From NCBI GenBank assembly GCA_031547085.1, contig JAVBSH010000064.1:7707-71706 (forward strand): a DNA stretch of 64,000 nucleotides. The letters run 5' to 3'. The notes under the pieces were generated by a model. It saw nothing but the letters and a program-made list of their open reading frames with translations, made no database searches and had not been told where the DNA came from. Source of the DNA: Bacteroidales bacterium. GTDB lineage: Bacteria > Bacteroidota > Bacteroidia > Bacteroidales > UBA4181. Positions 49,501 to 59,477 of the stretch are shown in pieces (the first letter of the stretch is position 1; every line of letters begins with the position of its first letter). The translations under genes and the position numbers were made by a program.

Positions 49501-52408
49501 TTTAAAAGAAACTAATAGTTTGAATATTAGCAAACAATATGAATATGATACATATGGAAATATAACCTGTATTGTTGATGAAAACATGTTGAGGACAACG
49601 TTCTATTATGATGGCTTTGGCAGATTGATAAAAACCGTTTTTCCTAATTCCAATACTTCGTTTACATCATATAACTGGAATTTAAATAACAACATCTGTT
49701 ATTATACAGAAACTAAACAAGAAGGAACGCCTACGGTACTAAAATACTTTGATAAATTGGGACGCAATATAACAACAAAGATCGTTTCTTTTAACAAACA
49801 AGAGAGTATAACAGTAACTGTGTTTAACAATATAGGACAAGAAATTAAAACGTCATTGCCTTATTTTGAAGGAGAAACGCCTAAATGGATTACAAAAACG
49901 TACGACAATTATGACAGGTTAACTTCTGTAGATAATTTGGGGCAAATTACTCGTTACGAGTATTCGGGCAATACTTTAAAAACAATACAGCCATCGGGAC
50001 AGAGTTCTACACAGTTTTTTGATAGCAGTAGTAAATTAACTAAAGTTACTGACAATGGGGGAGAAATACAATACGAGTATGCAAGTTCAGGAAACGTTCG
50101 GAAAATAACAGCACTGGGGGTTTATTATGAAATGTTTTATGACATGTACAATAATCAAATTAAATTGAAAGACCCCAACGCCGGTACGATTGAATATAAT
50201 TACAATGCCTTTGACGAACCAATTTATCAAAAAGATGCCAGAGGAAATGAAACAGTTCTATCATACAATTCGCTTGGTCAATTGACAAGTAAAGCAAGTC
50301 CGGATGCGACCATTAATTATCAATATGCGAATGATGGAAAACCGGTATTGGTTTCAAATGAAAGCACATCACAATCATTTGCTTATGACACTCACCGCAA
50401 TTTGATTGAAGTTACAGAAGCCATTAATGGAAATTTGTTTAAAACTCAATACGGTTATGATAATGTTGGCAACATTAAATCCATCAAATATCCATCAAAT
50501 TACGAATTGTCTTATATAAGAGATTCTTATGGAAACATTATTGAAATAAAACAGGCAACAAACAATAAGTCGATATGGAAACTAAGTGAAGGATATGCTA
50601 ATGGAACAGTGAAAAAGTACCTGCTTAACAATCAATTCAATGCCGTGAGGACGTATGATGAGAATGAACATCTATCAAAAATTGAAATAGGAAATATTTT
50701 CAGCCAATCCTACAATTTTGATATTCAAACAGGTAACTTATTAGAACGTAAAGACAATATAAGAAATCTCACGGAAACATTTGGATATAATAATGTTAAT
50801 GCATTGATCAGTTCTGCTGTCGATGGACAATCTGCGTATACTTACAACTATGATGCGCTTGGTAATATGACAAATCAAACATTGACGGGCGACATATCAT
50901 ATCAATTACCGGAACACATTCATGCTCCATCTTCTACAGAGAATATAAATGATATCATTTCTACCGAAGTGCAAAATATTTCCTACACATCATTTCAAAA
51001 AATACTTTCCATTGAAGAAGGCAAATTCAAACAGAATTTTGTGTATGGGGCAGACCAGCAAAGGAAGCAGACTGAATTGTTTGAAAATGGAATATTAAAG
51101 AAAACTCATTTTTACGCAGGCGATTACGAAAAAATCACAAGTTCCGGCACAACAAAAGAAGTTATCTATCTGAAGGTTGAGAATGTTGTAATTGCAATGA
51201 TTGAAAAAGAAAATGGGATTGAGAAACTGTATTATGTTTGTACCGACCATTTAGGTTCCATATTGTCAATTTTCACCGAGAATGCTGTCGTTGTTGAAGA
51301 ACAAAATTTTGATGCTTGGGGAAACAGACGAAATCCTACAGATTTGTCATACAATAACATTCCAAATCTTCAAATTTTATCCAGAGGATTTACAGGACAT
51401 GAACACATGAATGAGTTTGGTTTAACCAACATGAATGGAAGATTATATGACCCTATTTTGGCCAGCTTTTTAAGTCCAGACCCGTATGTTCAAATGCCTG
51501 ACTTTACACAAAGCTTTAACCGTTATGCCTATTGCATGAATAATCCGTTAAGTTATGTCGATCCTGATGGTGAGTTCTTTATTACGGCAACTGTCATTAT
51601 TGGAGCAATAATTGGAGGATATTCCGGATATAAGATCGCACAAGCAAAAGGTCTTGATTTTGGAGACTTTAAAACTTGGGCATATATGGTAGGAGGCGCC
51701 GTTATAGGTGGAGTGTCGGGTGGACTTGGATCTTCCATTGCAGCATCAAGTATTCCTTTTGCAAACACATTCTCTTTGGCGGCGAGTTCATTTACTAATT
51801 CTGTTGGTCTGTCAATAATAACAGGTGTACCTTTAGCGAATGTAAGTATAGGAGCTGCTTCGTATGATTTAACTTCCGGTACATTTAACTATCTTGGTAA
51901 AAAAGGCAATGGAGGAATGGAAAATTTGGGATATGGACTAGGAGCGTTATCAAATCTTAATGATGTTTGGAATGCTGCTTTTTCTAACTCCAAAGGTGAT
52001 GTGTTAAACACAGATTCCTTTAGTGATGAAGCTATTACTCCTCATACTGCATATAAAAATTCCATTTCACATGGTTCTATGAATAGGTTAAAGAAAGCTT
52101 GGCCTGAAAGACATATAAAATTTGGTATCGGGTTGCCTCGTAAAGGAAATTCAGATTATGGATATGCAGGAAGTTGGAATCTTACTGTACCTAATCTTAA
52201 CCAAACTCCATTAAACGCTTTGGCCTCTCTTAACCTTCCGTATCAAGGCCTTACTCTTAATTGTGTAAACGTAGCATCATTAGGAGTTTGGTTATCTGGT
52301 ATTCCTAATCTGCCATTTCACCCTTGGTTACATCATGGTTCAATGTATTTATATACAAATATTAGACCCGACCTTTTTTCTTATCATATATATAACAAAT
52401 ATAAATAA
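46566..52408 (+). pseudogene. SpvB/FG-GAP/YD-Rhs polymorphic toxin, frameshifted near 46780 (main ORF 46817-52408)
   Basis: Signal peptide + DVTPSGALAYS in ORF 46566; YNSQTGSGIMG in the next frame; GDFNGDG repeats; YD repeats; RGFTGHE..NGRLYDP..NPLSYVDPDG core. Confidence 0.85.
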
Positions 52409-52416
52409 CGGAAAAT

Positions 52417-52842
52417 ATGAGTGCACATCAATTACACATGATTGGAAAATTAGTGATTTTCGCAATCATATTTGCAAGCACATTAAATGCTTATTCGCAA
52501 AATACAGGTATTAAATACACATACGATGAATCAGGGAACAGGATAAATAGAAGCCCTGCTAATAATAATCCAACAGGTATTAGCATTATAAAAGAAAATG
52601 AAAACTTTAAACTCCAAATTTATCCAAATCCAACAACCGGATTATTCAACATAGATGTCATCGGCTTTGATTCAAAGTTTCAGGTAGAAATATTTAATGT
52701 GACCGGTTCTTCAATTCTCAATCGGAAATATTCTGGAAAAACGGTTTTGATAAATATTTCTAATTATCCTACAGGGGTTTATATAGTAAAAATGACCATT
52801 AACGGCGTAAGCAGGTACGGAAAAATTGTAAAAACAGATTGA
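52417..52842 (+). CDS. Small T9SS C-terminal-domain protein with one YD-like motif
   Basis: Signal peptide, YTYDESGNRINR, IYPNPTTG..GVYIVKM..KIVK. Confidence 0.85.
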   Translation: MSAHQLHMIGKLVIFAIIFASTLNAYSQNTGIKYTYDESGNRINRSPANNNPTGISIIKENENFKLQIYPNPTTGLFNIDVIGFDSKFQVEIFNVTGSSILNRKYSGKTVLINISNYPTGVYIVKMTINGVSRYGKIVKTD

Positions 52843-52915
52843 TTTATAAGACTGTGTGACAAAAGTTGGCAGTAGAAACGAGTGGTTTAATGAAAGCGGG
52901 ACATTATCTCGTCCA

Positions 52916-53174
52916 AACGCCGCCTGCGGTTCAAGTCGCACATCGACGTGCGCGTAATGCGCACCGAAGAAGCCATTCCCAAGGTGGAAGAATTAGTGGA
53001 CGAAGCATCGATGCTCAACATTGGCGAAGTACGCATTCTGCACGGCAAAGGTAACAGTATCCTCCGGCAGATGATCCGCGAATACCTCCGCACCTCGCCC
53101 GTGGTAGAATCTTATGATGACGAAAATATCCAACAGGGTGGAAACGGGATTACGGTAGTGAAGATGAAATAAGT
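52916..53174 (+). pseudogene. Direct repeat copy 2: 5'-truncated mutS2 Smr fragment
   Basis: About 95% identical to 45912-46170; G>V in DVRG and G>S in GKGNG. Confidence 0.9.
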
Positions 53175-53193
53175 GAAACGGTCAAACAACACT

Positions 53194-53273
53194 GACCTGC
53201 TGGGTCTCCAAGACCCGGTAGGTCTTAATGGCTGCTTGATAAAACCTACCGGGTCTTAGAGACCCGGCAGGTT
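53194..53273. repeat. REPIN-like doublet of palindromes
   Basis: gacctgctgggtct-cca-agacccggtaggtc ... aacctaccgggtct-tag-agacccggcaggtt. Confidence 0.8.
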
Positions 53274-53407
53274 CCTGTGCTTCGTCGACGACACATGCAA
53301 GGATAAAAATTGTATAAAACCACATACTTTTTTTAAAAACATCACCAACTTTCTATCTATATTCTTATCTTTGTGAACGATCTTGTTGCATTAACCACAA
53401 AATTATT

Positions 53408-54313
53408 ATGAAGTACAAAAAAGGCCTATTGGTTGGTTTGATATTTTCAAACACGTTTTTTTGTATTGGACAACAATCTGCGCCTTATGAATCCGTATCA
53501 ATTTATGAATTTGGAGCGCCTGTTACCAATTGTGATATAAATATGAAGAACCTTATCAGCAATTGGGTGCCGGAAAAGGTAGCTAATGCCAATGAGTACG
53601 AATTTTTAGAATGGTCTTTTGTTGAAACAATCAAAGATAGTTCCTGCTATATCCATTACAGGAATTATTTTTCAAGTAATGAACCTGTTTATAACTCCCA
53701 AAAAAGAAAAGGTGGATACTCGAATGGAAATGAATATGATTCGCTATGGATTTACCCCGGTTTTATTCACCTTGAACTTTATGACATAAGAGGTCTACCG
53801 GATAAAGCAAAAGTCATTTTATCGGAAGATGTCAGGCAGAAAGCAAAGGATATTTTTTTGAACGACTTCAATATTGATACCATCGCCCTTCTTTATCACT
53901 CTTACCACAAAACAGATTCAACAGAACGTTTTGAAACAACGGGAGGTTACAATGTATCTGGCAAATCTATTCGACATGTCTCTCATGATATTGCGTCTAT
54001 CGATTCTTTATCGCAGAATTATTTTGATGTGGTGATGACAAATAAAAAAAGTTATGATGATTTATCCATAGAAGAAACAAGGGAATTGTTGTTGGAACAG
54101 CTATCCATAGAACGGATAAACAAACAACTTAATTTTAACCATCGGGTGGAATTAGGAGATAAAGTTTTTTTAATCAAATTCGCACATAAAGAGGGGATGC
54201 ATCATAAGAAGGTGTACAATAATTACATTATTTGTAGCTCAGAAACGAATAAAGTTGTGATGGATTATTTTTTTGAGGGCATAAATTTTAAAAAATATAA
54301 ATACGATGAATGA
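53408..54313 (+). CDS. Exported hypothetical protein
   Basis: 301-aa AT-rich ORF, signal-like N-terminus, TATCTTTG box at 53366. Confidence 0.75.
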   Translation: MKYKKGLLVGLIFSNTFFCIGQQSAPYESVSIYEFGAPVTNCDINMKNLISNWVPEKVANANEYEFLEWSFVETIKDSSCYIHYRNYFSSNEPVYNSQKRKGGYSNGNEYDSLWIYPGFIHLELYDIRGLPDKAKVILSEDVRQKAKDIFLNDFNIDTIALLYHSYHKTDSTERFETTGGYNVSGKSIRHVSHDIASIDSLSQNYFDVVMTNKKSYDDLSIEETRELLLEQLSIERINKQLNFNHRVELGDKVFLIKFAHKEGMHHKKVYNNYIICSSETNKVVMDYFFEGINFKKYKYDE

Positions 54314-54329
54314 GGATTTTCTTATCGAT

Positions 54330-54476
54330 AAAGAATAAAACAACAGAGTAACCATAAAATAATCAATTTAAAAAGTAATAGTTTATGATGCAGTACAGTA
54401 ATTTCGACAGTGTAATGGAAACCAGATACCATTTCAAAAACGGGGCGAGTTCGAAAAGCCAGATGAGTAGAGGAAA
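54330..54476 (+). repeat. Leader repeat copy 1 (contains 35-aa ORF 54385-54492)
   Basis: Similar to 54921-55066; reads MMQYSNFDSVMETRYHFKNGASSKSQMSRGN. Confidence 0.8.
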
Positions 54477-54496
54477 CAATAATAATATATAAAACG

Positions 54497-54799
54497 ATGG
54501 CACTGAATATCTTTTTAGGCATGATCGGTCCGTGGCAACTAATGATCATGTTATCAATTTTGTTAATATTCCCAATATTTTATATTCTTCCGGTCATTCT
54601 TTGTGTTAAGCGAGCAGAAAAACTAAACCACAACCCAATCGTCTGGGGAATTTTAGGATTTCTATTTAGTTATATTGCTGTGCTGATTGCATATATACTG
54701 CCAGCAGAGGAAACAAAGCAATGTCCATATTGTGGCGAAAGAATATTAACCATAGCAAAAAAGTGTAAATATTGTGGTGAATGGCTTGAAAACAGGTAA
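54497..54799 (+). CDS. Small membrane protein with C-terminal double zinc ribbon
   Basis: TM helices, KQCPYCGERI..AKKCKYCGEWL. Confidence 0.8.
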   Translation: MALNIFLGMIGPWQLMIMLSILLIFPIFYILPVILCVKRAEKLNHNPIVWGILGFLFSYIAVLIAYILPAEETKQCPYCGERILTIAKKCKYCGEWLENR

Positions 54800-54804
54800 A
54801 TCAT

Positions 54805-54923
54805 TTTGACAGCTTACGGCATGTTCGGCGGAGTTTGTCCCGGGTTGAGTGGTAGAGTTGCGTTTCGTCGAGATGCCACATACAACTGGTACTACGGCAA
54901 GCCGTAAGCGCATAGTTGACAAA
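54805..54923. other. attC-like palindromic site
   Basis: tttgacagc/gttgacaaa outer arms and gcttacggc/gccgtaagc inner arms, right after a stop codon. Confidence 0.45.
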
Positions 54924-54974
54924 GAACAAAACAACAATGTGACAATAAAATAATCAACTTAAAAAGTAATCGTT

Positions 54975-55331
54975 ATGATACGGAACAGTAAATTCGATAG
55001 CGTAATGGAAGCCGAAAACCATTTAAAAAACGAGGCGAATTTAAAAAACCAGACAAGTAGAGGAAATATTTTAAGAAAAGCGTGTGTTGGGCTATTAGCA
55101 GCAGGCATTATCTTTTTTTTCATCAATGCCTATACCGGTGTCAGTAACCCTGAACGCTGGGAGTATAAAATATTGGAATTAAACATCGTTTATGGCGACA
55201 ATACGGTAAATTCAGATACCTTGAATCAGTTGGGAAAATTGGGCTGGGATATTATTTTTGTTACGGTTGGTGACCAAACAAATGGCAAAACCCCCACTCA
55301 TTTGTTCACCTTAAAACGGAAACTGCCATAG
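54975..55331 (+). CDS. DUF4177-like protein with the shared leader (leader repeat copy 2, 54921-55066)
   Basis: RWEYKI..LNQLGKLGWD..FTLKR; N-terminus MIRNSKFDSVMEAENHLKNEANLKNQTSRGN then a TM helix. Confidence 0.75.
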   Translation: MIRNSKFDSVMEAENHLKNEANLKNQTSRGNILRKACVGLLAAGIIFFFINAYTGVSNPERWEYKILELNIVYGDNTVNSDTLNQLGKLGWDIIFVTVGDQTNGKTPTHLFTLKRKLP

Positions 55332-55406
55332 TCGTTTTTTCCATAAAATGAACAATGTAATGAAGCTGGAAATGTCCTTGACGCTGAACAAGTGTCAAGG
55401 ATGCCT

Positions 55407-55543
55407 CCTGCAACTGGTGGTTTACCTTCGGGGTGCTGCTTCGTGGTGGTGTAATGGCGGCAGTGCCCTGTAGAAAGTTTTGTGCGGAATTGAACTTTTA
55501 TCACCCACATAAAAAGTAGCGTAAGCCGTCAAGGTGTTGTAGG
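55407..55543. other. attC-like palindromic site
   Basis: CCTGCAAC ... GTTGTAGG ends with inner tggtggtttac/gtaagccgtca pairing. Confidence 0.55.
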
Positions 55544-55704
55544 TAATGTTGAGCAAGGAACGTATGACACGTACCTGAATAGTTATGTCCAATGGCAGAG
55601 CGAGCTTAATGCTTAGAAATCCGAGAGGGGAATCCAAGATTATTATGGGGGATATACTGAAAACGCAGGATACATTTATCCTTGAATAATCCTATCATTA
55701 AATA

Positions 55705-56430
55705 TCAGTTCCCGGATGCGGACTGTGGTTCGTATTGCAGATGTCTTTTGTTGCGGTACACGCAATATGTGGCATCGCATATCTGGCAGGTATACGGACT
55801 AAAGCGTACATCGGAACCGATACCGATAAAGCCGCTGACCGACTTGATGGGCTGCATCAGGGCGCTCTCGGTGAGATGTATACCGCAGTTTTCTTCCGGT
55901 AAAAGGCCAAATAGCTTATGCTGCTCCTGTGTTGGCCAACCGCAATAACCGGGACTATACCTATTTGTGATTTTTAGTCCCTTCTGTTCCATATCCTTGC
56001 TGAGTTGTTGCTGGATAACATCAATGGCCGACTCAACCACTACACTACCCAGAATATCGGCAATAAATCCCTTTAATGGTTCGTTGGCAGCCATCATCTG
56101 TTTCGACCATTGCTCAATGCCATTGCCGGCTGTGCAAACAAACACAGCAATCTGTTCGCTGTGGTTCAGTTGATGATAAACGATTTTTTGCGGATTAAAA
56201 TCTGTTCCTGCAATACGGATACATCGTCCATCCCCATTAAAAGCAATCCGGTCGAAAATCTGGTATCCGCCGCAAATATCGAAACAACCGGCGGTTTCTT
56301 CCATCACTTCTTCGACAATAGCAAGGATATCGTCAGGTAAGACGCTTTCGTAGCCTAACATCGGGGCTGTGTCGTGAGGGTTTATTGCCAACTCACTATA
56401 TTTCAAGCGGATTCTTTTAAAACTATCCAT
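55705..56430 (-). CDS. Stand-alone B12-dependent methionine synthase activation-domain protein
   Basis: FVCTAG, ITNRYSPGYCGW, PIKSVSGFIGIG, C-terminal CxxC..C. Confidence 0.85.
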   Translation of the reverse strand: MDSFKRIRLKYSELAINPHDTAPMLGYESVLPDDILAIVEEVMEETAGCFDICGGYQIFDRIAFNGDGRCIRIAGTDFNPQKIVYHQLNHSEQIAVFVCTAGNGIEQWSKQMMAANEPLKGFIADILGSVVVESAIDVIQQQLSKDMEQKGLKITNRYSPGYCGWPTQEQHKLFGLLPEENCGIHLTESALMQPIKSVSGFIGIGSDVRFSPYTCQICDATYCVYRNKRHLQYEPQSASGN

Positions 56431-56543
56431 TGATAAACAATTGAAAGTTAACCAAAGCGATAAAACTCTTATATTTTGGATAATAGAGTTTATACAAATT
56501 AGGAAACAGGCTGAAAATAAATTGTTACAGTTTTGAACTTTTA

Positions 56544-56602
56544 CTTTGTGTCTTAGTGCCTTCGTGGCAATTTATCAGCCACAAAGACTCAAAGGCACAA
56601 AG
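56544..56602. repeat. Inverted 8-9-mer repeat hairpin
   Basis: ctttgtg-cttagtg-cttcgtggc ... gccacaaag-ctcaaag-cacaaag. Confidence 0.7.
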
Positions 56603-56634
56603 ACTATAAAATCTCTTGTACATAGAGAAGAACT

Positions 56635-58131
56635 TCACTGGTGCTGCGGCCTCAACAAATCACTGATGGTTTTCACCGGATTGAATGTTTCAATGGGGAC
56701 TTCTACAAATACCGTATTCCAATGCGCCATGGCTCCGTTCCACAGACCGGGTAATTCCTGGGCTTTCAGTTCGATGCCATCTTTCGATTTTTTCGAGATA
56801 AAACCCGTGTTGGGATCGCGGTATTGAAGAAGGTTGAAATGATGTCCTTCATCATCCTTCACAGCGCAAACCAAATCGACCGGGTTGAAGTGGGTGGCTT
56901 CTGCCGCCATTGCTTTCTGTTGCGGGTTGTTCATGTCGATCTGCGACGATTCTGCAATCTGCAACGAAGCCGACCCGTCGTTGTTACGCACCCAGAATGG
57001 CCCACCGCCCGGTTCGCCTTCGTTTTTCACCATGCCGCAAATACGGATAGGACGATGGAGAACATCCAACAGGTATGCCTTAACACCCTCGGCTGGCCAC
57101 GTCGAGATAGCTGCCGGAGGCTGGAATGAGAGCCGCCACGCCAGGAAATTCAATGCTTTTTTCACCAGTTCGTCATCGTAATCGCCATCACGGAGTAACC
57201 GATAATATTCGGTAGCTTTTTCCTGCAGTTCAATCAACAGTCCGGCCAGCGCCTTTTTATATTTGATGGTGGCTGGTTTCAACCGATCGGGTACTACATT
57301 ATCGATATTTTTGATGAAAATAATATCTGCATCAATATCGTTCAGGTTTTCGAGTAGCGCACCATGCCCGCCGGGACGGAACAGGATACTTCCGTCCGTG
57401 TTACGTACCGGCCTGTTGTCACGGTCGACGGCAAGGATATCTGTTGATGGCTTTTGCTGCGAAAAACTGACATTATAGTGTACATCGAACAAGTCGGCAT
57501 ATTTCTTTACTGTTTTTTCCACCAGCGCTTCAAAACCTTGCTGATGCTCGGGCGATACCGTAAAGTGCAGGTTAACCGTATCATCGGCGCTTACAGCATA
57601 GTTGGCACCTTCCACCAGGTGTTCTTCGAGGGCGGTACGTGCACCGTCCTCGTATTTGTGGAACAGCAACATTCCTTTGGGCAAATTGCCATAGTTCAAT
57701 CCTTCGTGCAAGAGAATAACCGCGGCTATTTTTTTCTTGTCGGACGCCTCGATATGTTGCCTGTCCATTATCTGCTTCAACTCAGGATAAAATGCAAAAT
57801 CCTCCAGCCGATCGAAAACTTCCTTCATGGCAGCGTTTTCTGCATCGTCGTCCGAATGCATATATTCGTACAGGTCTTTGAACATACGGGTGGCTGCACC
57901 CGAGGCCGGAACAAATTTAAAAACCTTGCGTTGGCCTAATTTCCGTTCGTATATCTGTTCCAGAGTTTTTGTTTCTTCAGCGGTCAACTGCCGTATGCCA
58001 TCGCCGACTGTTGCAGCGCGGTCGAGTCTCAAAAACGGGAACCCCTTCCTGAAGTATTCCAGTTGCCGTTCTACAACATCCATATTGATACCCTTGGCAA
58101 ACAATTGCTTTAAATCTTCCGTAGTAAACAT
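56635..58131 (-). CDS. DUF4301 family protein (nucleotidyltransferase-like)
   Basis: KFVPASGAATRMFK, FRPGGHGAL, FIKNIDNV, GEPGGGPFW, ELPGLWNG. Confidence 0.9.
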   Translation of the reverse strand: MFTTEDLKQLFAKGINMDVVERQLEYFRKGFPFLRLDRAATVGDGIRQLTAEETKTLEQIYERKLGQRKVFKFVPASGAATRMFKDLYEYMHSDDDAENAAMKEVFDRLEDFAFYPELKQIMDRQHIEASDKKKIAAVILLHEGLNYGNLPKGMLLFHKYEDGARTALEEHLVEGANYAVSADDTVNLHFTVSPEHQQGFEALVEKTVKKYADLFDVHYNVSFSQQKPSTDILAVDRDNRPVRNTDGSILFRPGGHGALLENLNDIDADIIFIKNIDNVVPDRLKPATIKYKKALAGLLIELQEKATEYYRLLRDGDYDDELVKKALNFLAWRLSFQPPAAISTWPAEGVKAYLLDVLHRPIRICGMVKNEGEPGGGPFWVRNNDGSASLQIAESSQIDMNNPQQKAMAAEATHFNPVDLVCAVKDDEGHHFNLLQYRDPNTGFISKKSKDGIELKAQELPGLWNGAMAHWNTVFVEVPIETFNPVKTISDLLRPQHQ

Positions 58132-58335
58132 ATTCAACTAATTAATTCCATTCTTACTTAACATCCGTTTTACAACGGGTGATTATACAAAAATAGGTAT
58201 AAAAAATAATTCTTACAATAGCACAGACACAATTTATAATCAACCTGAACTGGTATTCTCAATAATTTAAGGAAGCACGCAACTTTTTTTGCATTGTATA
58301 CGTTGTAGTAGGTAGATATTATAATTTTAGTTGCC

Positions 58336-58899
58336 ATGAATACACATATTATTTTAAAGACGGTATTGCCCAAAGATATCGATGCTTTATCGCCTTTGCG
58401 GGATATTTACGAATCGGCTTTCCCGATAGACGAACGCCGGATATTCGATACGGTGACTGAACTGGCTAGAACTAATCCTGATTTTACTCTTTACGAAATA
58501 CTCCGTGACAATGAACCTGTGGGACTTTTTTCTACTTGGAACCTGGACTGGTTCATGTTTGTAGAACATTTTGCCGTGTCGCAAGATTATCGCGGATGGG
58601 GCATCGGCCAACAGGTTATTGAGTCGTGGCTTGCCAAGCAGGCCTTACCCGTGGTCCTCGAAGTGGAAAGACCCGATAATGATATATCGAAACGCCGCAT
58701 CGGATTTTATGAACGGCTTGGGTTCCGCCACTGGCCAATAGATTACATACAACCGGCGTACTCCATCGACAAACATCCAGTCCCGATGCACTTGATGACA
58801 CATGGTGAGATCGACCTTGAGAATGCGCTGGACAACGTGCGGCGACGGTTGTATCAGACGGTATACGCAGGGACTTTGTTGCCGCAACCTTGGATTTAA
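58336..58899 (+). CDS. GNAT N-acetyltransferase
   Basis: AFPIDERR, VEHFAV..RGWGIG, VLEVE, RRIGFYERLGF. Confidence 0.9.
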   Translation: MNTHIILKTVLPKDIDALSPLRDIYESAFPIDERRIFDTVTELARTNPDFTLYEILRDNEPVGLFSTWNLDWFMFVEHFAVSQDYRGWGIGQQVIESWLAKQALPVVLEVERPDNDISKRRIGFYERLGFRHWPIDYIQPAYSIDKHPVPMHLMTHGEIDLENALDNVRRRLYQTVYAGTLLPQPWI

Positions 58900-58901
58900 A
58901 A

Positions 58902-59352
58902 ATGTCTATCCGAAAAACATTCTTCTTCGCCGGAATATTCTTGCCCTTACTGTATGCATCGGCACAAGACAGCACACATCTTTCCAAAAAAGAAATCCGG
59001 AAACTACGGAAAGAAGAGAAGGTAAAAGAAGGAAAACTCCTTATTACCCCGCTGATGGGGCCTGCCTATACGCCCGAACTTGGCTTTACCATCGCCGGCG
59101 GAGTGCTCACTTCGTGGCGGACGGATAAGAAGGACACGACCCTGCAACGGTCGTCGATACCTTTTAACCTCGGCGTTGGATTCAAGACGGACGGATTGAG
59201 CGCTTTTTTCATTTCGGCCAAACCGACAACGTTCTGGCTGCACGACAAGTTGCGTATCAATGCTGATTTCTGGCTCAATGAATGTACGCATCGACTTCGG
59301 CTTCGGCAAGAATACGATGGGGTTCTATTTCAATTTTAATGAGGCCTTTTAG
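58902..59352 (+). pseudogene. BamA/TamA-like surface-antigen beta-barrel gene with a large internal deletion
   Basis: Signal + GPAYTPELG N-part; shifted frame 59278-59352 reads MNVRIDFGFGKNTMGFYFNFNEAF*. Confidence 0.75.
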
Positions 59353-59477
59353 AGGTAAGAGATTAATAGGTAAGAGTGAAAAATATATGGAACCTTGATG
59401 CATAAATTTTCAATCTGAAGGTAGGGTATTTCACATGATATGTGTCTCAAGTTTGAGACATTCATATCAAAAAACAA

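Noticed and set aside
52948..53172. Independent functional Smr gene
   Set aside because: Truncated copy of the mutS2 end with two conserved glycines mutated and no evident promoter or leader
45912..53174. DGR template/variable repeat pair
   Set aside because: Mismatches are mostly synonymous and not adenine-specific; no reverse transcriptase
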